From contig ATMD01000001.1 of assembly GCA_001856825.1 (NCBI GenBank), positions 389,078 through 453,077 on the forward strand: a stretch of DNA of 64,000 nucleotides, given 5' to 3'. Positions 48,625 to 57,838 of this stretch are shown in pieces. This stretch comes from Thermoplasmatales archaeon I-plasma. Lineage in GTDB: Archaea > Thermoplasmatota > Thermoplasmata > Thermoplasmatales > GCA-001856825. Numbering within the stretch: position 1 is the stretch's first letter; each line of letters opens with the position of its first letter. Both the position numbers and the translations under genes were made by a program. The notes under the pieces are model-generated. The model ran no database searches, had not been told where the DNA came from, and saw only the letters and a list, made by a program, of their open reading frames with translations.

Positions 48625-49490
48625 ATTATCCTGAACAATGAACCAGCAAGCAGTATTGCCAGGATTGCAGTGAGGTAGTAGTTTGTCGACAGGAATGTCT
48701 TGATTGCCCTGGCTTCAATTCTGCCTGATTTCCCGAACTTCAATATGACAACCCTTGCAATAAGGTATGCTGAGAATGGTATCAACAGATACCTGTAGAG
48801 TACGGGAAGACCAATGTTCATGAACAACGGAAGGAAGGAGAAGGCGATCAACAAACCTGTGCTCAAGACGATTGCATTAATCGATTTTGCTTCGTTTGTC
48901 ACAGCTGGAAGCATTGGTACACCTGCAGCCTTGTAATCGTCCTTGTATTTCAGAGCCAATGACCAGAAATGCGGAGGGGTCCATAGGAACACTATGAGTG
49001 CAACGAATAACGATGCGCCTGACCATGCAGACCCAACAGCTGACCAACCGGCCAACGCAGGGAAGCTTCCTGCTATTCCACCTATCACAATGTTCCATGA
49101 AGTTCTTCTCTTCAGTACAACTGTGTAAAGCACGGAATAGCTAAGGAATCCTAGTGAGATCCAGACGGTAGTTGCGATATTTAGAAATAGTATGGAAATA
49201 GAAAGGGCGGCTGCAAGGAGGGCTGGTATTGAAATAATGTACCCGATGCTCGTTGCTGACCCTAATCTCCACCTCGTCCTCTTCATCTTCGAATCAAGAT
49301 CTCTGTCCAGGAAATTGTTCGCCAGGGAGGAAGAAAATGATGCAAGCGTTCCCGCAACAAGTAGCGGGACGAGCTTCCACACGAGAGAAAAATTCTTCAG
49401 CGCCAGGAAGAAGGTTGTCACTGCTACGAGATCAAGCAGAACAGCTATCCCAGGTTTTGTGAGCTTGAATGCGCTACCAAACCTGCTCAT
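48621..49490 (-). CDS. ctaB: Heme O synthase (protoheme IX farnesyltransferase)
   Basis: LTKP, NN.LDRDLD.KM.RT..R, YT..LKRR, GG.AG, WTPPHFWSLA, DY.AAGVPMLP. Confidence 0.95.
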   Translation of the reverse strand: MSRFGSAFKLTKPGIAVLLDLVAVTTFFLALKNFSLVWKLVPLLVAGTLASFSSSLANNFLDRDLDSKMKRTRWRLGSATSIGYIISIPALLAAALSISILFLNIATTVWISLGFLSYSVLYTVVLKRRTSWNIVIGGIAGSFPALAGWSAVGSAWSGASLFVALIVFLWTPPHFWSLALKYKDDYKAAGVPMLPAVTNEAKSINAIVLSTGLLIAFSFLPLFMNIGLPVLYRYLLIPFSAYLIARVVILKFGKSGRIEARAIKTFLSTNYYLTAILAILLAGSLFRII

Positions 49491-50049
49491 TGCTATCAGC
49501 CATCTCATAAGTCCCGGAGTTCTGGTGTTGAATAATTGAAGTTAACAAGCCACTACTTGGGGCCTGCACCGCAGACGGGCTCGGGGACGAGGAAGTGGAA
49601 TTCGCAGTTCCGTTCACATAGAGCTTTCCAACCATTGTGTACGGGTGAACGGTGCACCAATAGGTATATAGCCCAGGGTTGGCAAAAGACCAGTTCACCC
49701 ATGTAATGCTACCTACAGTTGTTGGTATCACTACATTGACAATCCAGTCATTTGAGTTTGTTGTCTCGTTAGGACCAGCTGCTATCGTTAGGGTGTGCGG
49801 GAGACCGTCCTGCTCAATTACCTTGAACTCAAGAAGCGTATGAAGTTTCTCATTTAACGTTGGATTTGGGTTGGATGAATTGTAGTTCCAGCCCTGCGCA
49901 TTGGCATAGAGAACTATTACCTGTGTAGAGTTGTAACTTCCCTGCTGGTAACTTATGCCTCCTCCAGGTACACTCAAAAACCAAGCAAAAGAGCCTCCTG
50001 CTACAATCAGTACAACGACCAGAAGGACTATTGGAGTAGCCTTATTCAT
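49474..50049 (-). CDS. Membrane-anchored type-1 blue copper protein (cupredoxin)
   Basis: N-terminal TM, NPT, PHT, PG.Y.YWCTVHPYTM.G (His, Cys, His, Met ligands). Confidence 0.88.
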   Translation of the reverse strand: MNKATPIVLLVVVLIVAGGSFAWFLSVPGGGISYQQGSYNSTQVIVLYANAQGWNYNSSNPNPTLNEKLHTLLEFKVIEQDGLPHTLTIAAGPNETTNSNDWIVNVVIPTTVGSITWVNWSFANPGLYTYWCTVHPYTMVGKLYVNGTANSTSSSPSPSAVQAPSSGLLTSIIQHQNSGTYEMADSNEQVW

Positions 50050-51689
50050 ATTGCCTGCACCTCATCCTCAAGCGGATTTGTAACATCTACCTTCGCTGGA
50101 AGGTATGCGGAATATGCGAAATTCACCAGGAAAATCAGGAATCCAATGCCAAGTATGACCCCGCCAATAGCTGCCACATCTTGATACGTTTGGAAAATAC
50201 CGAAATATCCTGCCACTCTCCTCGGCATCCCAGCGAATCCGCCTACAAGCCAGAAGCCCGACATCAGTATAGTTCCAACGGAGTTAAGGTAGAAGTGAAC
50301 TTTTGCGAGTGGAACGTTATACGTCCTTCCACCAGTCAGCGTTGGGAATAGGATGTAAATTGCCCCAAATCCAATTCCTGCCGTCAGCCCGATGAATATC
50401 CAGTGGAAGTGAGATGTGATTGCGTATGTTCCGTGGATAAAGGCGTTCAATCCAACATCTGCGGAATACACGCCAACTATGCCGCCTATAATGAAATCTA
50501 CTATTCCGTTAAGGACAAAGAGCATAGGGACAGTCAACCTAATGTGCTTTGCAGTCCATAGCGTTGCTATCCAGTTGAAAACTGACATTGCAGACGGGAT
50601 AACTACAAGGAATGAAGTGGTTGAGAAAAGAAGATCCCATACAGTTCCGAGACCGCTGTTGAATAGGTGGTGGCCCCAGACAACCGCGCTGAATATCATG
50701 AGCAGTAAAAGGGAGAACACTCCCGCTCTATAACTGAAAATCGGGACTCCAGCGTATTTTGGCAACATTTCGTAAATTAGTCCAAATGCAGGCAATATGG
50801 CTATGTATACCAGTGGATGCCCCCAGAACCAGAACATTATTGCGTACCCGAGGACAGCGCCGTTTGACGCCTGGAAAAACACTGGATTGATCAGGTCGTA
50901 AATGAGGAATCCGTTTGCTATCATTGAAACTGGTGCTGAAGTGATTACTAGGACAGCAGCTGAGACGATTGACCAAGAAAACATTGAAATCTTTGAGAGC
51001 GGTATTGACTTGCTCCTGTCAAGAAATACCATCTTGAGGAATATAACGGAAGATACCGTGGTGGCAAGTAATATCAGCGTTACACCTATCAGAGTCGCAA
51101 AGGAGTATGTTCCTCCTCCGGCCTCAGTCAGTTGGTCAACAAGTGGGTAGTAGAAGTACCAGGTGGCAGTGCTCTTAGAGAATATTATGAATACTGCCCC
51201 TATTAGGAACAGCCAGTACATTATTGACTTGACAACTCCTAAGGTATCCTTTTCTATCTTGTTTGCAGATGGGAGCAGATAATAACCGAATCCTAGTATA
51301 GTCCCGATAGCAAAACCGTACAGCATTATATTCCCGTGTGCGGTCAGGAGAATGTTGTACTGGTCTGGTGTCAGGAAGGATGGATTTGGGAACCAGAGAG
51401 ATATTCTCATCCCAACTCCAGCAAGTCCACCTATGAAGAATAGGACAATGCTTGTTATTAGGTATCTTACCCCAATTGACTTGCTGTCGTCCATGAAGAA
51501 AGCAGAGAAGCTTATCTCCCTTCTCATTTTCGAGAGGAGCAGGTTAGACTCTTCCTTAGAAAGGCTGGATGCGCTCTCCCCCAGGAGATTCCTCCTGTAA
51601 TCCATCGTGAAGTAATACAAAAGGAAGACCATTGCAATCAAGGCCGCTATAGTGGAACCAAACACCATCAGTTCAAATGAAAATCCCAT
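50046..51689 (-). CDS. Heme-copper terminal oxidase subunit I
   Basis: TAHG, WFWGHPLVY, WGHH, SHFH, GMPRR; ATG at 51689 overlaps the subunit II stop (TAATG). Confidence 0.95.
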   Translation of the reverse strand: MGFSFELMVFGSTIAALIAMVFLLYYFTMDYRRNLLGESASSLSKEESNLLLSKMRREISFSAFFMDDSKSIGVRYLITSIVLFFIGGLAGVGMRISLWFPNPSFLTPDQYNILLTAHGNIMLYGFAIGTILGFGYYLLPSANKIEKDTLGVVKSIMYWLFLIGAVFIIFSKSTATWYFYYPLVDQLTEAGGGTYSFATLIGVTLILLATTVSSVIFLKMVFLDRSKSIPLSKISMFSWSIVSAAVLVITSAPVSMIANGFLIYDLINPVFFQASNGAVLGYAIMFWFWGHPLVYIAILPAFGLIYEMLPKYAGVPIFSYRAGVFSLLLLMIFSAVVWGHHLFNSGLGTVWDLLFSTTSFLVVIPSAMSVFNWIATLWTAKHIRLTVPMLFVLNGIVDFIIGGIVGVYSADVGLNAFIHGTYAITSHFHWIFIGLTAGIGFGAIYILFPTLTGGRTYNVPLAKVHFYLNSVGTILMSGFWLVGGFAGMPRRVAGYFGIFQTYQDVAAIGGVILGIGFLIFLVNFAYSAYLPAKVDVTNPLEDEVQAI

Positions 51690-52138
51690 TAAGTGACCAC
51701 CACCGTTCCCCTCATTTCGTAATGGTATTCTCCGCAGTATTCTACACATTCAAATATGAAAGTGCCTGTTTTCTTCGGCTCAATCGTTACTTGGTTTGGG
51801 TGACCAGGGACAGCGTAGGATTGTACCCCGAACTGTGGAATATACAGATCGTGAATCACGTCCTTGCTTGTTATGACGAGGGTATAGGTCTGATTTACTT
51901 CAAGCACAAGTTTATCCGTAGTTATTGTTCCATTTGGGTACTCAAAAGCCCAAGCCCACTGGTAACCCGTTACGTTAATCACTATCCCTACAGGGTCACT
52001 GTTAGCGGGATTTGAAATGGCATTTTGGTTTGTTTCCAGGTATGAGGCGTTGGAAACAGCTGCCCACGACAGTATCGCAATTACCGCAACAATCCAGATT
52101 ATTTCTACCAATAACTTATTCTTCAACTGGCTCACCAA
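51689..52138 (-). CDS. Heme-copper oxidase subunit II (CuA)
   Basis: Single TM, GYQWAW, DVIH, CVEYCGEYHYEM. Confidence 0.95.
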   Translation of the reverse strand: MVSQLKNKLLVEIIWIVAVIAILSWAAVSNASYLETNQNAISNPANSDPVGIVINVTGYQWAWAFEYPNGTITTDKLVLEVNQTYTLVITSKDVIHDLYIPQFGVQSYAVPGHPNQVTIEPKKTGTFIFECVEYCGEYHYEMRGTVVVT

Positions 52139-52367
52139 CCTCTTTGTATTTTAGGACGGGATAGATCATCAGTGCAATGGTGGTGAAGCCTACCGCAATT
52201 CCGACGGAGATATAGGAAATTGCAAACGGAAGTTCACCAACTGCCGGTTCACCAACATAGAAGGAACGGAAGATCGGTCCTATGACGAGATAAACCATTA
52301 TGAGGTAAACGATAACCCCCTCTATAAAAATCGAGACCACAGCCCTAAACCTCTTGTCGATGTTCAC
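52116..52367 (-). CDS. Small 2-TM membrane protein, probable oxidase accessory subunit
   Basis: Overlaps the subunit II start; first gene of the oxidase operon. Confidence 0.65.
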   Translation of the reverse strand: MNIDKRFRAVVSIFIEGVIVYLIMVYLVIGPIFRSFYVGEPAVGELPFAISYISVGIAVGFTTIALMIYPVLKYKEVGEPVEE

Positions 52368-52454
52368 TAAAGACCGATAGAAGTTAAGTTTATTAAATCT
52401 TTCTTAGGATAGTAAAGTTATTGGCTCTGATTTTTACCGTGCCAATCGAGAAAA

Positions 52455-53210
52455 CTATAGCTTTATTAAAAGCAAGGAGATGTTGTCGCTTCCGTCCCTT
52501 TCGTTTGCAATATTCGCTAGTTCCTCCACGAGATTTTGGACAGGAATATTACTTGCAATATAACTCCCGATTTCAAGGTCACTCATTGAATCCCAGTAAC
52601 CGTCTGAACAGAGCAGTATCGAATATCCTCTTTCGACTTTCATACTGTAGAAATCCGGCATGCATTCCTCATCAATTCCTATGGACCTCGTAAGCTGGTT
52701 CCTCCTCGGGTCAGTCCTTCCTTCCCTTGGCGAAACCTCACCTGCGTCTATTAGCTCCTGAACATAAGAGTGGTCTCGTGTAACAAATTTCATCGAACCA
52801 GTTGAGTCGAAGATATAAGTTCTAGAATCACCAATGTTACCTATAGTGGCATCATTCCCGCATATGAAAATTGAGGTGGCAGTTGTACCCATAAGGTTGA
52901 TACCGTGAATCTTCGAATAGCTTTGAATATCTGTATTTGCCTTCTCATAGCTCTTCCTGAGGAGTTCTCCAATTCCCTTAGAATTGCATTTACCCTTTAT
53001 AATAAGCTCATCTGCAGTGTTCATCAAACTTTTGATTGCAATCTTGCTGGCTACTTCGCCGTATTCTCCTCCTCCCATTCCATCAGCTACTGCCCCAAGA
53101 AATCTTTCGTCCGCTTTTCCTTCCAGAGTCTCTACGAAGTGCAGTGCGAGTACGGAATCCTGATTCTTGTCCCTAACCTTTCCAGTGATGCTCGTGTAGC
53201 CGAAATCCAT
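52455..53210 (-). CDS. PP2C/PPM family protein phosphatase
   Basis: R..NQD, VADGMGG, GTT, NIGDSR, LCSDG, DNIS. Confidence 0.93.
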   Translation of the reverse strand: MDFGYTSITGKVRDKNQDSVLALHFVETLEGKADERFLGAVADGMGGGEYGEVASKIAIKSLMNTADELIIKGKCNSKGIGELLRKSYEKANTDIQSYSKIHGINLMGTTATSIFICGNDATIGNIGDSRTYIFDSTGSMKFVTRDHSYVQELIDAGEVSPREGRTDPRRNQLTRSIGIDEECMPDFYSMKVERGYSILLCSDGYWDSMSDLEIGSYIASNIPVQNLVEELANIANERDGSDNISLLLIKL

Positions 53211-53431
53211 ATGGACCTAAATGTAGATAGTACAATAAAATGCTTGTGAGAATAGAAATAGAAGAGTTCTTTCCAAATGAAGGTTGAATGTCGCCTCCTA
53301 GGCATTAATTCCAACTTGACTCTGCTGTAAATGTGCATAAGCAATTTCTACCGTACAAATACGGGAGGTGATGTCACTGAAAATTCGAATGAAAATGAGA
53401 TAATTAAAAATAAAAAAAATGAAAATACGGA

Positions 53432-55909
53432 CTAGTCGGTTACAGTAATGGACGTAGATGCACCGCTCACAGTGACTGTTTGGTGATAGTTGAAGTAGAA
53501 CTGTCCGTTTGTCACAACTACTACGTAATAGGTTCCGTTATAAACCTGAAGTGTCACCGATGAACCTCCGGACATCTCGAATAGATACTGATAGGAGCTA
53601 TTCTGAACCAGATAGACGTTTGCAGTCTGTCCAGAAACTGCGGGACTTAATGTAACGGTTACGTTGTAGAGGTTTGGCAGAACTGGTGAATAGTCATATC
53701 CGCTTGCAACGAATCCAGAATCATTGTAAGGTACTCCAGGAATCTCATCCCAGTAGACATTTCCTGAAACATATCCGTTGTTCACTACGCTACCTGTTAG
53801 CGCCTGTCCATTGAACATTACTTTGGCTGAAGCAGGTTGAGATGTCACGTTCCATGTGTTGTTGTAGAGTTGTGAGGCACCATTATATATGTTGTAGGCT
53901 GGGGACAGGGTCGTTATGAGGACATTGAAGTTGTTGTTGTATATGGTGTTGTTGGATGAATATATAGTCAGTCCTATCGGGTCTAGTCCGAATGCAAATG
54001 CGCTTGGAGGAGCAATGCTAACACTCTGCTCAAAATTGTTTCCGAAGATCATGTTTCCTGTACCACCGTATATTGTCACTGAAGCTCCCATTGACAGGAA
54101 GTTGTTATATGCTATAAGTATGGACGACGAATTCCACGTCAAGATATTACCAATTACTGGATAGCCGTAAGTGGACTGGAAGTTTGAGAAGAACCATCCT
54201 TGATAAACGCTATTTACTATGGATACGTGGGACGCGTTGTAAAGTTCAGTAGGCATAAAGTTGAATGTCGGGAGACTGTAGTACTGAAGTACTCCGTAGG
54301 TGAATGACGGATAATCTATAATGAAGGGAGCAGCATGCGAAATGAGGACGTACGCATTCGTATTTACCAATAGTATTCCAGAAAATACCGGGAATAAATA
54401 ATCGTTGAATTCCCAGAACAGAGGATTGACTGTATAATACTGGTTGTTCTCAATTACGTACGGGTTGCTTTGCGTTCCAGTTCCGCTGGAAGAAATAGAC
54501 TGGAGCTGCTGATTGTCCATTGCAATGAGGGGGGTATAGATACCCCTTGCCACATTCTTCACCATAGATACAGTCAGGGATTCAGTTGAATTGAATGTGA
54601 AGTTCATTGGGTTGTAATCGCTCATCAGTATCTCCCCTGAGTAGGAACCCTTAGGGAGTTCGTAGTGGAAAGAACCGTCGCTTGATACCGGTGCCCATCC
54701 TGCGTAGAACGGGTTGAAAGTACCGTTGCTTATGAATATGAAAGAGTTAGATGGCGTTACCGTTCCTGATAAAGTCTGGTAGCCGGAATCAGAAGTAAGG
54801 TTCCACATTCCTGAAAGAATAGAAGGCCCTGTTCCCAGGTGGACTGTATTTCCAGACCACCATTCTGCAATTCCTGATGATGTTTCCCCTGTATCAGAAC
54901 CGAAATTATATGCAGACGGCACAGACAGATATTGCTTGGATGTAGTACCGGAAGGCAGGTACGTTAGCGTCATGCTTCCGTTGATGGAGAGAATATTTGT
55001 CTGGCTACCTCCGCCAGGACCGCCTATCATGAGCTCAGCGTCATAAGGAATGTAACCAGTAGGTGTTAGGTTGAACCCGTTTATTTGGTAGTACGCTGGT
55101 TTTGTCTTGAAGGTGGAGGGCATTCCATAAGTGCTGTTGAATATCACCCTGTCGTAAGAACCTGAATACGTGCTTGAAGATGTGACAACTGAGTAATTGA
55201 AGAAGACAGCATCCCTATTGTCTATGATCGTGGAATTGAGGAAGAGATGTAGTGTAAAGGGATAAGTGACATTGAGAGAGGGGCCAACCGCATAGTAATA
55301 CACGGGTGCCACTATGTTGCCATCATAACTGTAGAAGGTGTTGTTGGTCATCAGGAAAGAATTGCTCGAGAAGTTCCATATGTTGTCTTCGAATGCCAGG
55401 GTATGATTGTGTGCAGTGTACAGCACAACATTCTGGTTCCAGAAGACGAAACTTGAATTTCCGAAGAGCGTTACGTTCCTCAGTATTGTGTTGAGTTGCA
55501 TTGTATATTGATCAGGACCTGCATTAGTTAAATCAAGCGTTGTGAGGTTGTTCAGGACTGCAGTACCCTCGAAACTGGATGCATTAAGGACATAGCCTGT
55601 CATTGTTCCTGAGGTGTTCATAATTCCATATGAGCCTATGCCCATAGGGGCGGGATTATTTACATAAGACGGTGATATTACTCCGTTTATCTCAGTTGTT
55701 TTGGCGTGGAAGTTCGGCGGGAAATAGTGTCTTGATACATTTGAGCTACTGAGGTGGTTGATTCCGCTCGAAGCAACAGGCGAGGTGGAAGTGATGGATG
55801 GAATGGCTACCGCAGGCGGTGTGCTCGAATTTTGGAATATAGTTAAGCCCGGGATAAGCATTGCAAGGGAAATCACTAACACCAGAAAAATAAGCAATTT
55901 CCGTGTCAT
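53432..55909 (-). CDS. Thermopsin family (A5) acid protease precursor
   Basis: Signal peptide, PAPMGIGSYG, QLN, W.QNV, DNIWN, DAEL..GGPGGGS, G.DTGETS; NosD-like beta-helix repeats C-terminally. Confidence 0.92.
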   Translation of the reverse strand: MTRKLLIFLVLVISLAMLIPGLTIFQNSSTPPAVAIPSITSTSPVASSGINHLSSSNVSRHYFPPNFHAKTTEINGVISPSYVNNPAPMGIGSYGIMNTSGTMTGYVLNASSFEGTAVLNNLTTLDLTNAGPDQYTMQLNTILRNVTLFGNSSFVFWNQNVVLYTAHNHTLAFEDNIWNFSSNSFLMTNNTFYSYDGNIVAPVYYYAVGPSLNVTYPFTLHLFLNSTIIDNRDAVFFNYSVVTSSSTYSGSYDRVIFNSTYGMPSTFKTKPAYYQINGFNLTPTGYIPYDAELMIGGPGGGSQTNILSINGSMTLTYLPSGTTSKQYLSVPSAYNFGSDTGETSSGIAEWWSGNTVHLGTGPSILSGMWNLTSDSGYQTLSGTVTPSNSFIFISNGTFNPFYAGWAPVSSDGSFHYELPKGSYSGEILMSDYNPMNFTFNSTESLTVSMVKNVARGIYTPLIAMDNQQLQSISSSGTGTQSNPYVIENNQYYTVNPLFWEFNDYLFPVFSGILLVNTNAYVLISHAAPFIIDYPSFTYGVLQYYSLPTFNFMPTELYNASHVSIVNSVYQGWFFSNFQSTYGYPVIGNILTWNSSSILIAYNNFLSMGASVTIYGGTGNMIFGNNFEQSVSIAPPSAFAFGLDPIGLTIYSSNNTIYNNNFNVLITTLSPAYNIYNGASQLYNNTWNVTSQPASAKVMFNGQALTGSVVNNGYVSGNVYWDEIPGVPYNDSGFVASGYDYSPVLPNLYNVTVTLSPAVSGQTANVYLVQNSSYQYLFEMSGGSSVTLQVYNGTYYVVVVTNGQFYFNYHQTVTVSGASTSITVTD

Positions 55910-56110
55910 GAAAAGTCATGATAGATACGATATTTAATTCTTGGCGTCAAGAATTATGATATTTCCTGCTTCCAAAATATGAAAAATCTAGATATTCATA
56001 TTGGTCAGAAGTCCTCTGAGGAAGATTATCAATGCTAGCACAACGATACCAAAAAGTAATATTTATTGTGACAATCAAGAAAGTTATAAGATGGGGAGTA
56101 TGGCTTCATA

Positions 56111-57838
56111 ATGGCAGTTGAATCTTCTGGTAGCAGGGGGAAAAGAGTATCGTTATTGGGGGTGCTTGAACCAGTCCTGTTTGCTAGACCGTACCTGAAG
56201 AAAAGTGGTCTCTCTTTTTCAATTGTTATTGCTGCTGGAATAATATCAAACTTCACTCTGTTGCTTGTACCCGTGTTCATAGGAGACGCGGTATCTGCAG
56301 TAGAATATGGAATTTACTCATCCATTCCGCGCATAGCGTTACTGATAGTATTGGCCTATTCAATATCCGCTGCCGCAACTTTTTCCCTGAACTACGGAGG
56401 TCAATATATCAGCCAGACCTATGCATATAATCTGAGAAAGGATTTCGTTTCTCACCTTGTGAGGAAGAGATTCCTTTTCTTCGAGACGCAGACCTCAGGC
56501 GATTTGCTTTCCAGGGGATCAATGGATATAGAGGCAACAAGGAATTTTAACCTTAACATGTTTACAAGCCTCTTCCCCACCGTTTTTCTTATCATAGAAG
56601 CATTCATTCTGCTGTTCATTATATCACCATTTTTCTCACTCTTGCTTGCACTCGCAGTTCCGGTGTTGATCTTTCTCGGTATTGTTTCCTCAAGGAGACA
56701 GAGGCCGATTTGGAGGAAGATCAGGGATACATACGGTAAGCTTGGGGAAACACTGCAAGAGAACATTGTAGGTCAAAGGGTTGTCAGAGGACTGGCTTCG
56801 GAGGAGAAGGAAGTTGACAAATATGCTGCAATGACCAAACAGTATTACGACGAGAATTATGAAGTGGTCAAGGTAAGGGTCACATTCAACAACCTCATGC
56901 CTCTCACTGTTGCAGCAGTCACTAGTGCTATAATAGGCATAGGCGGTTACCTGGACCTAATAAGCAAGGCTAGTGTAGGAGGACTGGTTGCTGCAGTGAC
57001 GATATTTGCGATGCTCACAAATCCAGTGTCATTTCTTGGTAGAATGATAGTGTTCTCTGAGAATTCTAGGGCTGCTATTGGCAGGATCCAGGAAATTACC
57101 GCATCAGGAGGGGAGGAGGATGTTGAACCATCAGATCAATCCCTTCAACCAGGGCCTCTAGTTTTCGACCACGTAAAATTTTCAAGGGGCGAGAATGTTA
57201 TATTGAGGGATGTCACTTTCAGGGCTCACCCAGGTGAATTCATCGGCATAACGGGCAAGACTGGTGCAGGAAAATCTTCATTGGTAAATCTCATAACAAG
57301 ATATTACGACGCTGACACCGGTACCATATCCCTGGGACAAAAGAATACAAAGGATATACCGCTGAGCATACTAAGGAGCAGAATATCCATTGTACCTCAG
57401 GAAATCACTCTTCTTTCAGGTACGATCAGGGAAAACATACTCTTCGGAATGGATGTATCGGATGAAAGGATAAAGGAGGCGGCAAGGATTGCATCCATTT
57501 CAGATTTCATAGATTCACTGCCCCAGAAATACGAAACGATGATAGGTGAAAGAGGCATAACACTTTCAGGGGGTCAGAGGCAGAGAATCGCGATAGCAAG
57601 GGCCGTACTCAGAAACCCCCTGATTCTCATCCTTGACGATGCGACCTCAAGCGTGGATCCAGATACAGAAATAAACATTTTCAACAACCTGAAAGAATAC
57701 ATGAAGAATACAATCATAATAATGATCAGCTTAAGGGCTTCTGCCCTATCATTTGCAGACAAAGTGCTTCTGCTTGAGGAAGGGGAACTAAGAGAGGACC
57801 TTCCCGGCGAGGAGGGGGGAAATGTCAACAGGATATGA
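56111..57838 (+). CDS. ABC exporter half-transporter (TMD-NBD), degenerate-site subunit
   Basis: GKTGAGKS, LSGGQ, Walker B ILDD (E to D), H-loop ISLR (H to L). Confidence 0.92.
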   Translation: MAVESSGSRGKRVSLLGVLEPVLFARPYLKKSGLSFSIVIAAGIISNFTLLLVPVFIGDAVSAVEYGIYSSIPRIALLIVLAYSISAAATFSLNYGGQYISQTYAYNLRKDFVSHLVRKRFLFFETQTSGDLLSRGSMDIEATRNFNLNMFTSLFPTVFLIIEAFILLFIISPFFSLLLALAVPVLIFLGIVSSRRQRPIWRKIRDTYGKLGETLQENIVGQRVVRGLASEEKEVDKYAAMTKQYYDENYEVVKVRVTFNNLMPLTVAAVTSAIIGIGGYLDLISKASVGGLVAAVTIFAMLTNPVSFLGRMIVFSENSRAAIGRIQEITASGGEEDVEPSDQSLQPGPLVFDHVKFSRGENVILRDVTFRAHPGEFIGITGKTGAGKSSLVNLITRYYDADTGTISLGQKNTKDIPLSILRSRISIVPQEITLLSGTIRENILFGMDVSDERIKEAARIASISDFIDSLPQKYETMIGERGITLSGGQRQRIAIARAVLRNPLILILDDATSSVDPDTEINIFNNLKEYMKNTIIIMISLRASALSFADKVLLLEEGELREDLPGEEGGNVNRI

